Origin: Octopus vulgaris
Lineage: Eukaryota
Assembly: GCA_951406725.2 (NCBI GenBank)
Contig: OX597816.1
Span: 102,548,001 to 102,612,000, forward strand
Direction: 5' to 3'
Length of the DNA: 64,000 bases
The notes beneath the pieces are model-generated. The model did not search any database. It was not told where the DNA came from and was given only the letters and a program-made list of their open reading frames with translations. Within the stretch, counting starts at the first letter, position 1, and every line of letters starts with the position of its first letter. Both the position numbers and the translations under genes were made by a program. This document shows positions 13,211-26,270 of the stretch, piece by piece.

Positions 13211-13699
13211 TAGGTACTTGCAATATATAGAAAACAGTGAATAATATATGCACTGATATTGCGAATAATTACCGAGAAGAATAAGAACTCGGTGTACGCA
13301 TTTAATGCAGTATTAAATTTTAAAAGCCATCTATGTATCATATTTAGCGTATAGTCATCTCGGCAGCTATTGGCAATATCAGTGAACGTATTCACTGTTC
13401 TCTGTATATGCTGGAGGTAACAAAATTTGTCTGAGCATTTGACTGCGGCTGCCAGTATATGTCACTGACAAAGACCATGAAGATGTAAATGCATTTAACG
13501 TTCTCGCTAGCCGCTACAGGGACGATTTTTTTCACCTCACATCTATCTGTAAGATATTGTTGATCTTGTTTAACCGAAACATCTTACTTATTAACAGTGT
13601 ATGTACGTTAATTATGATACATAGATAACTATTTTGATTTCATATTAATTCATGTCAACTAGGTGAAAAACAAGAGAAAATACAGAAATATATGAGCAA

Positions 13700-14180
13700 A
13701 AGCTCGCAAACAAAAGACAAAATATCAGATCAATTTTAAATCCCGCTTTTATTTCAGAAGAAATAGAATGTGTCTTAAAATACGGTACCTCGTATTGCAG
13801 AATTTTGAAGTGTGGTAGCTAAATTTACGGTACATTGAGTTATAGTAATTTACACCTTCAGACAAATTTTTATGCTCGCGTACTCATATAAAACTTGTTC
13901 TCAGACTCCTTTAAACTATTCTTAACGTTATCCAAATTCCTCTCACTGATTTTCTTGTGCTCCTACTTTTTTTACTATAAAACATGCTACACACTTTCAC
14001 TACCTTTTTCCATTGTTTCATTCATCACGTTGTCTTCTCTAGAACAGCACTATTTTTCACTTGAAATTCCCTTCTTGATGAAGGACCATTGTCCGAAACA
14101 TTGATTTCTCGTTTATTTCTTGCTCATTTACTTTCTTCTCTTGTTCATTGTTTTGTCGGTGTTTATGAAAGAAACTCGTA
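13700..14180 (+). mobile_element. Possible decayed Penelope-like 3' end with hammerhead-like motif
   Basis: TTGATGA-A-GGAC-CATT-GTCC-GAAAC at 14075-14099 followed by a T-rich tract, as in PLE pseudo-LTRs; coding remnant not confidently readable. Confidence 0.35.
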
Positions 14181-14894
14181 TGACTGACTCTGTTTATCTA
14201 TGTATATGTGCCTGAGTTTTTATGAATTGTATAGATATGTCCGTGGTTATAAGTATGTAATATACAGATACCTATGTGTCCACGTGATTATTCTATTGTA
14301 CGACCGTGTGTGTGCGCATGTGTGTGTGTGTGTGTGTGTATGTGTGTATGTATGAATGTGTGAGTGAGTGAGTGAGTAAGCATGAAGGAGAATGCTTTCT
14401 TCTTGTATAATTTTGCGGAAACATTGTCCTTTGAGGTTTGAAACCGGTAATGTGTGGTGAGAAGGATCCTACCACTTACACAAAGACAACAACTATTAAA
14501 ATAGCGACAGTCTTATGTACTTTTATTTAATAAACTGTCTTTCAGTCACACCTCCAATTCCTTTTCTTTCTTCTCTTCTTCCCTCTTTCTTTTCACTTCT
14601 TATTAATGGCTGTCGTCTTCCTTTCCCTTTTCATTGGGAGATTTACCATACAGTATTCTCATATTCTCATGGATGTGTTCATTTGTTCAAAGAACAACTG
14701 TAAATATTTTACATATTTGCCGAGAAGATTTGTTTTCTTTTTCTTTTTTCTCTTTTCTTTTAAAAATAATGATTTATAAGCGAATATCAATAATGAAGCG
14801 GTCATCTGATCCGTTTCATACCGTTTAATACCTTTCACTTGTGACACATTCTACATCTGTGATATTAAAAGAAAATTCGTGAGCACGTGTGTGT

Positions 14895-15682
<788 letters not shown>

Positions 15683-16317
15683 CTTTGACAGGTTTCGGCC
15701 AGTATAGGCCCAGGCCATGTCTATATACATATTTGTGCTTATGCGATTTACACACTCCGAAATGTTACAGAGTATATTGCAGTATATTGGAGTCGGGCGC
15801 CCACGACTTTTAGTATCTATCTCTCAGAGTGAGCTGTACATAATCTTCAAAGACTCACCACAGATACATATACATCTTTTTACCACCGCCTCTGAAGAGG
15901 AAATGATGTTACTTAACCGCGCTATTATCTGATATTGTGAAACCAATCATTAAGATCTGGTGAAATGGATCTGTAGTGCTTGGATTAATATACCAGAAAA
16001 TAGGATTTTCCCCTTCGCATTCAGGGAAGAGGTTTGTTTTTCTACACTCGAGTTGATCAGTACTTTGCAATTGGAATTTGGCATACAGAAACCATGTTGA
16101 AATTCGTCGTCTACATGTATACTTAAACATGTATATGTATATGTGTATTTATATATATATATATGTGTGTACGCGTGTTTATATCTGTGTGTGCGTGTAT
16201 GTATGTATACATCGCTGTCATTCTGTCTGTCTGTCTGTCTCAACTGTTACTTATTTTTATCGAATCATAACGAATGAAAGGCACGGCGGCTTTGTTATTC
16301 GCTTCTCTATAACAATA

Positions 16318-16364
<47 letters not shown>

Positions 16365-16371
16365 GATGATG

Positions 16372-16408
<37 letters not shown>

Positions 16409-16499
16409 TAATAATAATAATGATAATAATAATAATGATAATAATAATAATGATAATAATAATAATGATAATAATAATGATAATAATGATATAATAATA

Positions 16500-16543
<44 letters not shown>

Positions 16544-16550
16544 AATAAAT

Positions 16551-17087
16551 GCCTGATACAGTACCAGGCAGTGGCTGTCATGGCTTTTGATCGTAACTGA
16601 TTGGAAGTGTACATTGTTTTGTCTTGGTATAAAAGATGGACTACAGCAAATATTCTGCTAAATCCCATAGTTTTGCTTGTCAGTTGCTTGACCATAACCA
16701 GTTGAGCATGTCCTTTGGTGGCTGACGATATGTGCATCTCTGATCACGAGCAGAAGTAGTGGGGAAGTCATGTGTTGAGAGGAATTCTTTGGGGTTTGAA
16801 TAATTCACCTCTGGAAGATAGGTGTTCTGTTCATCATACTTCAACAAACCTTATTGCGTGACCCTTTGAGTGGGATGGGCTACTCAACCTCAAGAAAACT
16901 CTAACTGGTCGCCACCTGCGAGATCATGCGTTGTTTATCTTGATATAGGATTACCATGTCGCGCCAATATGGCTGTGATGCATGTGCCTTGTGTACACTT
17001 ATCAGACGGGTAGTCATGGTAGGTATATTGGGCTTCGTATATTTTACCCCAGTGTCACTTTGATGGCATGAATTGCTCTCTCACTCA
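16551..17087 (+). mobile_element. ~540-bp (TAA)n-embedded element, copy 2
   Basis: Colinear with copies 1 and 3; flanked by (GAT/AAT)n and (AAT)n. Confidence 0.88.
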
Positions 17088-17109
17088 ATAATAATAATAA
17101 TGATAATCA

Positions 17110-17296
17110 TCCCTTCTATTATAGGCACAAGGTCTGAAATGTTTTGAGGAGCCAGTCGATTAGATCGACCTCAGTACACAACTGGTACTTAATTTATCGA
17201 CCCCGAAAGGATGAAAAGCAAAATCAAAGGACGAAAGGACGAAATCTCGCTAAGCATTTTGCCTGGCGTGCTAACAATTCTGTCAGCTTGCTGCCC

Positions 17297-17297
<1 letters not shown>
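17110..17297 (-). mobile_element. SINE family A
   Basis: Homologous to 27828-28041; (AAT)n on both flanks. Confidence 0.85.
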
Positions 17298-17372
<75 letters not shown>

Positions 17373-17379
17373 AATAATC

Positions 17380-17435
<56 letters not shown>

Positions 17436-17442
17436 AATAATC

Positions 17443-17559
<117 letters not shown>

Positions 17560-17607
17560 TAATAATAATAATAATAATGATGATGATGATAATAATAATA
17601 ATAATAA

Positions 17608-17654
<47 letters not shown>

Positions 17655-17667
17655 ACTAATAACAATA

Positions 17668-17830
17668 CTCCTTTCTACTATAGGTACAAGGCCCGAAACT
17701 TGGTGGAAGGGGACTAGTCAATTACATCGACCCCAGTGTTTCACTAGTACTTAATTTATCGCCACCGAAAGGATGAAGCAAAGTCGACCTCGGCGGAATA
17801 TGAACTTAGAACGTAGCGACGCGCGAAGTA
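17668..17830 (-). mobile_element. SINE family A (5'-truncated)
   Basis: CCTTTCTACTATAGGTACAAGGCCCGAAAC...GTCGACCTCGGCGGAATATGAACTTAGAACG. Confidence 0.85.
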
Positions 17831-17831
17831 C

Positions 17832-17894
<63 letters not shown>

Positions 17895-17895
17895 T

Positions 17896-18434
17896 GCCCT
17901 GATGCAGTACCAGGCAGTGGCTCTCATGACTTCTGATCTTAACTGATTGGAAGTGTTATCATGTACATTGTTTTGTCTTGGTATAAAAGATGGGCTACAG
18001 CAAATATTCTGCTCAATACCACAGATTTGCTTGTCAGTTGTTTGACCGTAACCAGTTGAGCATGTCCCTTAGTGGCTGACGATATGTGCATCTCTGATCA
18101 CGAGCAGAAGTAGTGGGGGAGCATCATAGCCATGTGTTGAGAGGGATTCTTTGGGGTTTGAATAGTTCACCTCTGGAAACATGGGTGGTTCTTTCAACAT
18201 CCTTGGGACCGTTTGAGCGGGATGGGCTACTCAACCTGAAGAAAATTCTAACTGGGCCCCACCTGCAAGGTCATGTGCTGTTTATCTTGATATGAGATCA
18301 CCATGTCGCGCATATATGGTTGTGATGCATGTGCCTGGTGTACCTTTATCAGACAGGTAGTCATGATGGGTATATTGGGCTTCGTATATTTTACCCCAGT
18401 GTCACTTTGATGGCATGAACTGCTCTCTCACTCA
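17896..18434 (+). mobile_element. ~540-bp (TAA)n-embedded element, copy 3
   Basis: Starts GCCCTGATGCAGTACCAGGCAGTGG, ends CTCTCTCACTC(AAT)n. Confidence 0.88.
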
Positions 18435-18815
18435 ATAATAATAATAATAGTTATGGTGAGTCGTGGTTTATTTGAAACGACATGGCTAAGTATTTCTTCC
18501 GGTACGCACTAGCGACTCTGCCGGCTCGTCGCCTAAGAATATGAAATTTTAAATAGACACAATTTGAAAAGTAATAATCAGTTATGTGACTTTCCTGATA
18601 TTCCCTACGAAAATTGTTTGAGCACAACCATTCTCAGTGAATCGATATTCTCAGACCAACTGAAGATGATCAATATATTTTCAGAACAATTTCTCCAGAC
18701 CACAGTATATTCATGCGATTGTATTTATTGCAGACATAAATACACACCACAGACAAGGCCTGGAATTACTGCTTCTGTGTGAGTGTGAGTATGCGAGCGT
18801 ATCTGTGTGTGTGTG

Positions 18816-18853
<38 letters not shown>

Positions 18854-19059
18854 AAACACAGACAAATTCACATTTGGAACTTGAGAAAAGTCTTGCATAT
18901 TTTTATGGTTCCACTCACAGATTGCACTTGTAATGAACGAATCAGGCGGTCAATTTTTCTTTCTGAAAATCCTAGTTTATCCAGATTCTCCTTTAATGCA
19001 TGTATGTATGTATGTATGTATGTATGTATGTATATATATTCTTCCTAGCTCTCCTGTGT

Positions 19060-19275
19060 GATCCCTCTGTCCGGCATTCGTCATAATAGATCGGTAGCCA
19101 CTAAACGTTTTTCTATTTTCTCTCCCTGTTTATTTCTGTTTTCCTTTCTGTCGAAGAGCGTAGGCTCGAAACGTAAAAGAGTTTCTCACTTCCCGAGCGT
19201 TAAACTAATACATCTGTTTGTCGCTTACACGCCCGTCTTCGTCTTTTTTTTTTGTAAATTCTCACTTTATATATA
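19060..19275 (+). mobile_element. Short Penelope-like terminal repeat fragment containing a minimal hammerhead-like motif
   Basis: Homologous to 50570-50705 (shared AAACTAATACA..GTCTTCGTCTTTT..TAAATT); motif CTTT-CTGTCGA-A-GAGC-GTAG-GCTC-GAAA-CG-TA-AAAG at 19144-19179. Confidence 0.55.
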
Positions 19276-19409
19276 TATATATATATATCATAATAGCTCC
19301 TGGGTTTTGTTAAAAAAGACATACGGGAAAATGCGTTAATTATAAGTTCATTGAACATATTCCCATCTCAGATTCGCTCACTTATTGCAGCAGTCCTCCA
19401 GTTTTTCTC

Positions 19410-19462
<53 letters not shown>

Positions 19463-19466
19463 TTAT

Positions 19467-19503
<37 letters not shown>

Positions 19504-19519
19504 TATAAAAGACTCTTTT

Positions 19520-19812
19520 GTCGAAGACAACGTATGAGCGTTCACCTGTTGCTGAACGACCTGCACAAATGATTTGTTTATAGTGATCAAATGTTCGTGT
19601 CGCACATGCCGTACATTAGTTCACTCCGCCCCATCAAATCGACGTTGTCTGAACAGGTGCCCAGTGTACCACGCGTCAGGTGTTGAAGTGATCGCAGATG
19701 TAACGGGAGATGAAGTGTCTTGCTCAAGAACTCAACGCACCATCCGGTCTAGGTATTGAAATCACGATCGCTAAATCGTGAATGCAAGAGTGCAATACCC
19801 TAACCACGAGGT
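19520..19812 (-). mobile_element. tRNA-derived SINE family C
   Basis: Minus-strand head GTGGTTAGGGT..GATTTCAATACC and CORE-like TTCTTGAGCAAGACACTT; second copy at 40058-40328. Confidence 0.8.
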
Positions 19813-19831
19813 ATATGAATATATATATATT

Positions 19832-19883
<52 letters not shown>

Positions 19884-19885
19884 CA

Positions 19886-20103
19886 CACGAGGGAACGCTT
19901 ATGAATTCCTGCTTTTAAGGGTGTCTCGAAAGGCCTGGCTGGAGTCCCAACCTTCCGAATTATTTTACAGGTTTGAGAAAAACTGGAGGACTGCTGCAAT
20001 AAGTGAGCGAATCTGAGATGGGAATATGTTCAATGAACTTATAATTAACGCATTTTCCCGTATGTCTTTTTTAACAAAAACCCAGGAGCTTTTCAGCCAC
20101 CAT
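19886..20103. mobile_element. Mariner-derived MITE (~220 bp)
   Basis: Decayed TIRs (ACGAGGG..AATTCCTG / CCAGGAGCTTTTCAGCCAC) in a TA context; inverted homolog at 53942-54162. Confidence 0.65.
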
Positions 20104-20598
20104 ATATATATTTATGTATTATGGCTACCATTGGTTTCGTGTTAAGATATTATTCTTAACATCAAAGCAGTGGTAAGCCTCAATACACAAATAAAGACAT
20201 CTTATCCACCAATGTGGGGCTCAGCACTCATTCTCATCGTTCGATATTTATGTATATATATGTATGTACACAAACACACGCACACACACACATATACATG
20301 CATACATTTATGTACACACACACACACGCACACACACATGTAGATATACATACATTTATGTACATATATGCATATGTATATATGTATATATATATATACA
20401 TATATAAATGTATATATATATATATTATATATATATATGCATACGCGCGCGCACACACACATATATATGCATTACATGCATAGATATATGTACACACACA
20501 CATATATATATATATATATAAACTGACTATCAACTCATACATTTTGTAGAAATTAGATATGTTTTTAATAAAAGTTTGACTCATAAGTATTACAACTT

Positions 20599-20632
20599 TG
20601 TAGGCGCGTAGGATGTGTCCATTTTATCAGAA

Positions 20633-20684
<52 letters not shown>

Positions 20685-21960
20685 TGTGTGTGTGTGTGTG
20701 TGTGTGTATGATATTTGTATAAATTAGTGCCTATATTAAAATTAAAATAAAATACTATTTTGAAAGCTATGATGCAAATTAATATTACTTTCCTTCCAAA
20801 TTGTATCTGGCTTCGAGAAATATGTGAACTTGGACGGATTAAAGAAATGGAAGTAGCCTGAGGAGAGGAAAAGCAAGGTGGTGGTTTACAAAGTCTGCTC
20901 AGGCAGGAATCACAAGGCCATTGCTGGTAACTTAATGCACCCACTGGCTACAGTCCAGAGGGTGAAGAAGGAGTTAGAGGACAGTAAGTTTGACGTTGAC
21001 AATGGCTACTGGGAAAACTCATAATAACAGTAAAGAAAGGGTGAGAAATGCTGATTTCATCCAGAAATTTGAGCAGTTAATTGAGGAAGACCTCCTCTAT
21101 TGTGATACACGAGATTGCCAGACAACTAGATTATGATGAGGAGACTGTTAGAGCTTGTGTGAATGAAGACCTTTATTATAAGTGTTACAAAATGGAGGCA
21201 GTACAACTGCTCACTCACATGTTCAAGTAGAACCGCATGAAGAGGGTCAAGAAAAAGCTGTTGAACAAACTGAGGCATCCTTTGGAACCAAACATGTGGT
21301 TTTTCTTAGATGGAAAATAAATCTTTTACCAGAACAAGGCACACAAAAAGCAGAATACCAGGTGGTTTGTAATTAGCCTGCATCATGTTCCTAGGGTCAT
21401 GAAGACTAAGTCTCCTGTCCACATCATAGTTTCTGGCGAGATCAGAGTGAGGAAATTGTCATGCACCCTCACTCCTTTAAATGAACCTGGAGGTGAACCA
21501 GGATGTGTATCAGGGGGTTCTGGAGACTGTGATGAAGTCCTGGACTCAAGAGACATTGTGTATTCTGCACCTACACACACTGACAGGAAGATGCAAAAGA
21601 GGCTCTCAGCTAACTATTTACAACCATGCCAGCCCAGATATGTGGGTTTCTAACTCCCCAGACAGGAATCCTCTGGACTATTTTTCTTATGGCGTGGTCG
21701 AGCGAGTACAACAAGACTGCCTGCTACAAAGATGAGCTAAAGCAGCACATCTGTCAGACATTCTGAAATTTGTCAGCTGCAACCGTGAAATTCGCCTTTC
21801 TCGATTCCACGGTCGCCTGGTGGGGATTATATTGAATAATTATGCAGTATACAGGTCCGCTAACTCCATGAATCTTGAATTTTCAATAGATCTTAAAAGA
21901 TACAGATTTTATGCTCTTATTTCCTGAACAGCCGGCCGCTCCAATTCTACGTCCGCACAA
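20599..21960 (+). mobile_element. Decayed Tc1/mariner-superfamily DNA transposon (maT/DD37D-like) with degenerate TIRs
   Basis: Remnants MKTKSPVHIIVSG and MWVSNSPDRNPLDYFSYGVVER (WPPxSPDLNPLDY motif); ends TGTAGGCGCGTAGGA.. versus ..TTCTACGTCCGCACA. Confidence 0.75.
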
Positions 21961-22966
21961 AGGCAGTAACTCAGCTGCTTCTGCAATTAACTACACTAGA
22001 TACTCCTGTGAAGAGAGGAGTGTGGAAAATAAGTGGTATATCAAAATAAATGTCTTGTGATATATTTATTTCATTTCACCTACACCTACAGTTCAAATCC
22101 CATTAACATCAGTTGGGTTTTACAATTAATAAAACATACTGCACAAAAATGATGCCTAGTTAAAAATGGTGCCTAGTTAAAAGAAATGAATAGTATGAAT
22201 AGTAAGTTTTCACCTTAGTATATTGTCATACAGCTACAAATCTACAAATTTGTGTAGCACAGATTTAGTCGGCCATAAAAAATTGCTGGCTCATATTTTA
22301 TCAACCAGAGGTGGATGAGATATCGACTCGATTCTGGTAAAATTGTAAGTCAGAATGTAGGCGGAGACTGCTGAAAACTAAAAAGGCATTTAATCTTGTG
22401 TCCTACTGTTTTATGCGATTTCTAATGATTTATAAATCTGCTTGAGCTCGTGTATGTCTATATAAAACCTACTGTTGTAATGGAGAATCACAGAGAAAAT
22501 AACGGTTACCCTTTGACGTAACCTATCTCTGCAATATTTCTGGGTAAAATTAAGCTCGTGTATGCTTTCGTATAAACCAAGGGTTACAGAAATTCAGAAT
22601 CCTACACCCTAAAGCAGTTTGATATTGTTTGTACACTACCTTATTATTGCAACTTCGGTGATGTAGATATTAAGATGTAACGACATTTTAGAGTCAGAGT
22701 CACTGAATATGCGCTCTAATGGTGCCATTTAATCCTCCCCAGAACAGCGTCAAAATTTGTGCCCCGGTGAAGATACACCAGACTGGTAGGATTTACTTAC
22801 AGTAGCACAAATCATCCATATTCCGGCGGAAATTGACAGCTTTCTATCTTTACCCTCTGTGTGTGAATGCATGTGTCTGTGTCTAGAATTATGTGAGCGT
22901 GTCTCTTTCATGTATGTATGTGTACATACATACATACATACATACATACATACATACATACATACA

Positions 22967-22997
<31 letters not shown>

Positions 22998-23829
22998 GTG
23001 TGTATATGTGTGTATAATTGGGTATCAACTGCTTCCATGCTATTTGTTATCAGTAACCAAGTATCCATGGCAAGCTGCTATCTGTTATCAGTAGTCAACT
23101 TCAAAAGAGTGTTACGGAAGGATTAGCAACATTATTAACAGTAAGTTAAATTTATCAGCTAAAAGCTATGGTTAAGATATTTGATATGAATAATGACTGA
23201 TAATTTGATATCAACACCTCCAGCAATTGCATATAACTTGATATCAATGAGAGTAGCAATGTTACCATAGAGCTCAGTCGAAGCGAGTCAATATTATTAT
23301 CGGTTTAGATGTCTGATCGAAAGTCATTTCAGTTTCACTTATATTGCTGAAGTTTGAAAAAATCCATGAAAGCCACACTTTCTCACTTAGTCTTCTCTAG
23401 AAATTTAAGCATTTGTGTTTAGTTGAAGAGAAAACAGTATAACAATAATAACACCAATGGAATATTTCTTGATATAGCCCCAATATCGAGAGATATACTG
23501 TGAGATATAGAGATATTCACTCTAGCAGTATGAGGGTAAATGCCATTCAAACAGATATCTATTGAAAAAATCGTTAGAAATCATGGAAAAGATGGATTAA
23601 ACACAAAGACAAAAAGAAAAAAAAAAGATGACAAGAAATAGATTTAAAATTTTATTTTCAATAGAATAAAAGATGTGGACATTTTTAGGTACAGTGTAGT
23701 ATTTAATGTATGAGAGCATTGCAGTACACTAAGCATTGCAGCTTCCTTCACAGTTCTTTGGTGTGTAGTACCCGTTATTGTTAAATATGGTTCTTTACAT
23801 TACCGTTCTGCGATATGTGATAGTTTACA

Positions 23830-24440
23830 TTGTAGTACCTTCGGTTGTGGGATCTCAAAATTTCAGCGCATTACTATTATTATCACAATATTTTTAGTTG
23901 TGGTACCTTAAATTTCAGCGCATTAATATCATTATTACGGTTGTAGTACCTTCATTTATGGCATCGTAAATTTCGGCGCAAATATATTTCTATACTATTG
24001 CAATTCGAGGCACTCCGTCGGTTACGACGACGAGGGTTCTAGTTGAACCGCTTAACGGAACAGCCTGCTCGTGAAATTAACGTGTAAGTGGCTGAGCACT
24101 CCACAGATACGTGTACCCTTAGCGTAGTTCTCGGGGAAATTCAGCGTGACACAGCGCGTAGCAAGGCTGGCCCTTTGAAATACAGGTACAACAGAAACAG
24201 GAAGAAAGAGAGAAAGTTGTGGTGAAAGAATACAGCAGGGTTCGCTACCACCTCCTACCGGAGCCTCGTGAAGCTTTAGGTGTTTTTGTTCTATAAACAC
24301 TCACAACGCCCGGTCTGGGCATCGAAACCACGATCCTTTGACTGCGAGTCCACTGCCCTAACCACTGGGCCGTTGCGCCTCCTCACTATTGCAACACCTT
24401 CACTTGTAGTACCTTAAATTTCAGCGCATTAATATAACTA
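23830..24440. repeat. Degenerate minisatellite (about four units containing TGTAGTACCTT..AAATTTCAGCGCATT) interrupted by a SINE
   Basis: AAATTTC(A/G)GCGCA recurs near 23858, 23910, 23968 and 24416. Confidence 0.65.
24004..24384 (-). mobile_element. Full-length tRNA-derived SINE family E with 10-bp TSD
   Basis: Minus-strand head GGAGGCGCAACGGCCCAGTGGTTAGGGC..GGTTTCGATGCCC (A/B boxes); TSD ACTATTGCAA at 23994-24003 and 24385-24394. Confidence 0.9.
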
Positions 24441-24629
24441 TTACTCTATGTTAGTATTACTATTACTACATATTGTTGTTATCTTTTGCTTAATCTAATT
24501 ATAATCATCTTTCATTACTTTTTTTTTTAATATTTGGACAGAGCTGTAATCTAGAAACGTTGCAATTGATCACTAATAAAAAGAATACATATTGTAAAAG
24601 AGTACCATATATGGTGTTATTGCTGCTGT

Positions 24630-24806
24630 TTAACCATAAACCAGAATCGGTTACTGAAGGCATTATAGAATCGGTTACTAAGGTGAATTAGGAGACTACA
24701 TTATGTAACATGTTTTCCTATGTTTAAGATAGTAAGGCATGATTTAAGGAATAGCTGCTATTTACAGCAGGTCAAGTGGCCATGGAAGGTTCCCTTATTG
24801 GTTCGT
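24630..24806 (-). mobile_element. Family D element (HDV-ribozyme-like head)
   Basis: Homologous to 37600-37812 (GACTACATTAT..AAGATAGTAAGG..GCTGCTATTT..AGCAGGTCAAGTGGCCA). Confidence 0.7.
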
Positions 24807-25299
24807 GTAGTTGTAATGGCTGATATACGTACAAGTACATTGAACAAGATATAAAACATCCGTGCCTCATAGCTGCTGTGGCCTGCCAGTTCGAAGCTGC
24901 CATCTTGTAGCTTCGGCCAATATATAGTAATGTTATAAAGAGAACTAAAACATTTGTATAGCTAATCGGCTATTTTGTTGTTTTGTGTTTAAATAGTTTC
25001 TGTGACGAGGTACAGTTTCTGCCGTAGGCGGCAGAGAAACAACGTAACTGACGAGTGTCTTGTTGTCTTTCAGAGCTGAAATAAAATCTCTTTAAAGGTA
25101 AAAACGTGCACAGCGAGAAAGAGGGAATACAAGGATTTCAAAAATAGCAACTAGAACAACATCATCAATAATCACAAAGTACAGGTGGAATAGTTATGTA
25201 AATAGACAGTGTTGGGAAGATTTTAGAGGGGAAGAAAGTTAAAGAGAGAGAAAGAGAGAGGGAGGGAGGGGAGGAGGGAGAGAGAGAGGGAGTGAGAGA

Positions 25300-25388
<89 letters not shown>

Positions 25389-25487
25389 AATACGGAGACA
25401 AGCAAACAGAATTAACGATTGTTGGGAGAAAAGCCATAATATAAACCAACGAAAAGCATTTTGGAACAAAAGTTTCTCTCTCGAACA

Positions 25488-25536
<49 letters not shown>

Positions 25537-25779
25537 TGATGATGATAATATTAATATTATTATCCTTTCTATTATAGGCACAGGACCTGAATTTTGTGGG
25601 GAGAGAGGGGCTAGTTGATTACATAAACCCCAGTGCTTAACTGGTACTTATTTTATCGTCCTCAGTGGTAATGTGAAGCTCAATTATCTTTGTGTAGACT
25701 GTGTGGAAAAATCATCTGAGATAGGCTTATATTTATAACTAGTGGATACTGAAAACTAGCCCAAAAGGACTACAAAAAA

Positions 25780-26270
25780 TGCCATGACAAAATAGCAGTG
25801 CGAATACACAAGAAGTTGTGTAAGCAGTACAGGCTTGAATGTTCCAACAAGTGGTATGAGAACCAAACATTACCAGTAGCAGAGAATGATCGGGCGAGGG
25901 TCAAATTGGATATGCTAATATATAGAAACAAAAAACTGCAATACAAACAAAAAGCTGCAACATAACCGTCTAGATATCACTTTTACTGAAGGAGTCCAAA
26001 GAATGAACCTGCATCGACGTAGTTATACCAGAATATTGTTAAGACAGACGACGAGAAAATCGTGATGTAGTAAGACTTAGGATTGGAAGAGAAACGAATC
26101 GATCGAGCCTCAAACGTGAGTGTGGTACCTATTGTGATCAATTCACTTGGAATTGTCTCAAAAAGAGTAACATTCTGGCATCAAAAGCTGCGAATACCGA
26201 ACTTCTTAGGAAGTATTCAGATGGCAACAATATTTGGGACAGCTCATGTTTTGAGGAAAATGTCTCTAAG
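25780..26270 (+). mobile_element. Decayed R4/Dong-type RLE 3' fragment
   Basis: KWYENQTLPVAEND, HNRLDI, IDVVIP, VVPIVINSLGIV, IQMATIFGTAHVLRK. Confidence 0.75.

Noticed and set aside
24300-24384. tRNA gene
   Set aside because: A/B boxes are present but continue directly into a SINE body bounded by TSDs, and no complete cloverleaf is seen.
23830-24440. CRISPR-like repeat-spacer pattern (also 44200-44690)
   Set aside because: Eukaryotic context, degenerate irregular units, non-unique spacers and no cas genes.
25030-25060. GAAAC-AAC-GTA-A-CTGACGAG as a type II hammerhead
   Set aside because: There is no room for stem I between the cleavage triplet and the CUGACGA box.
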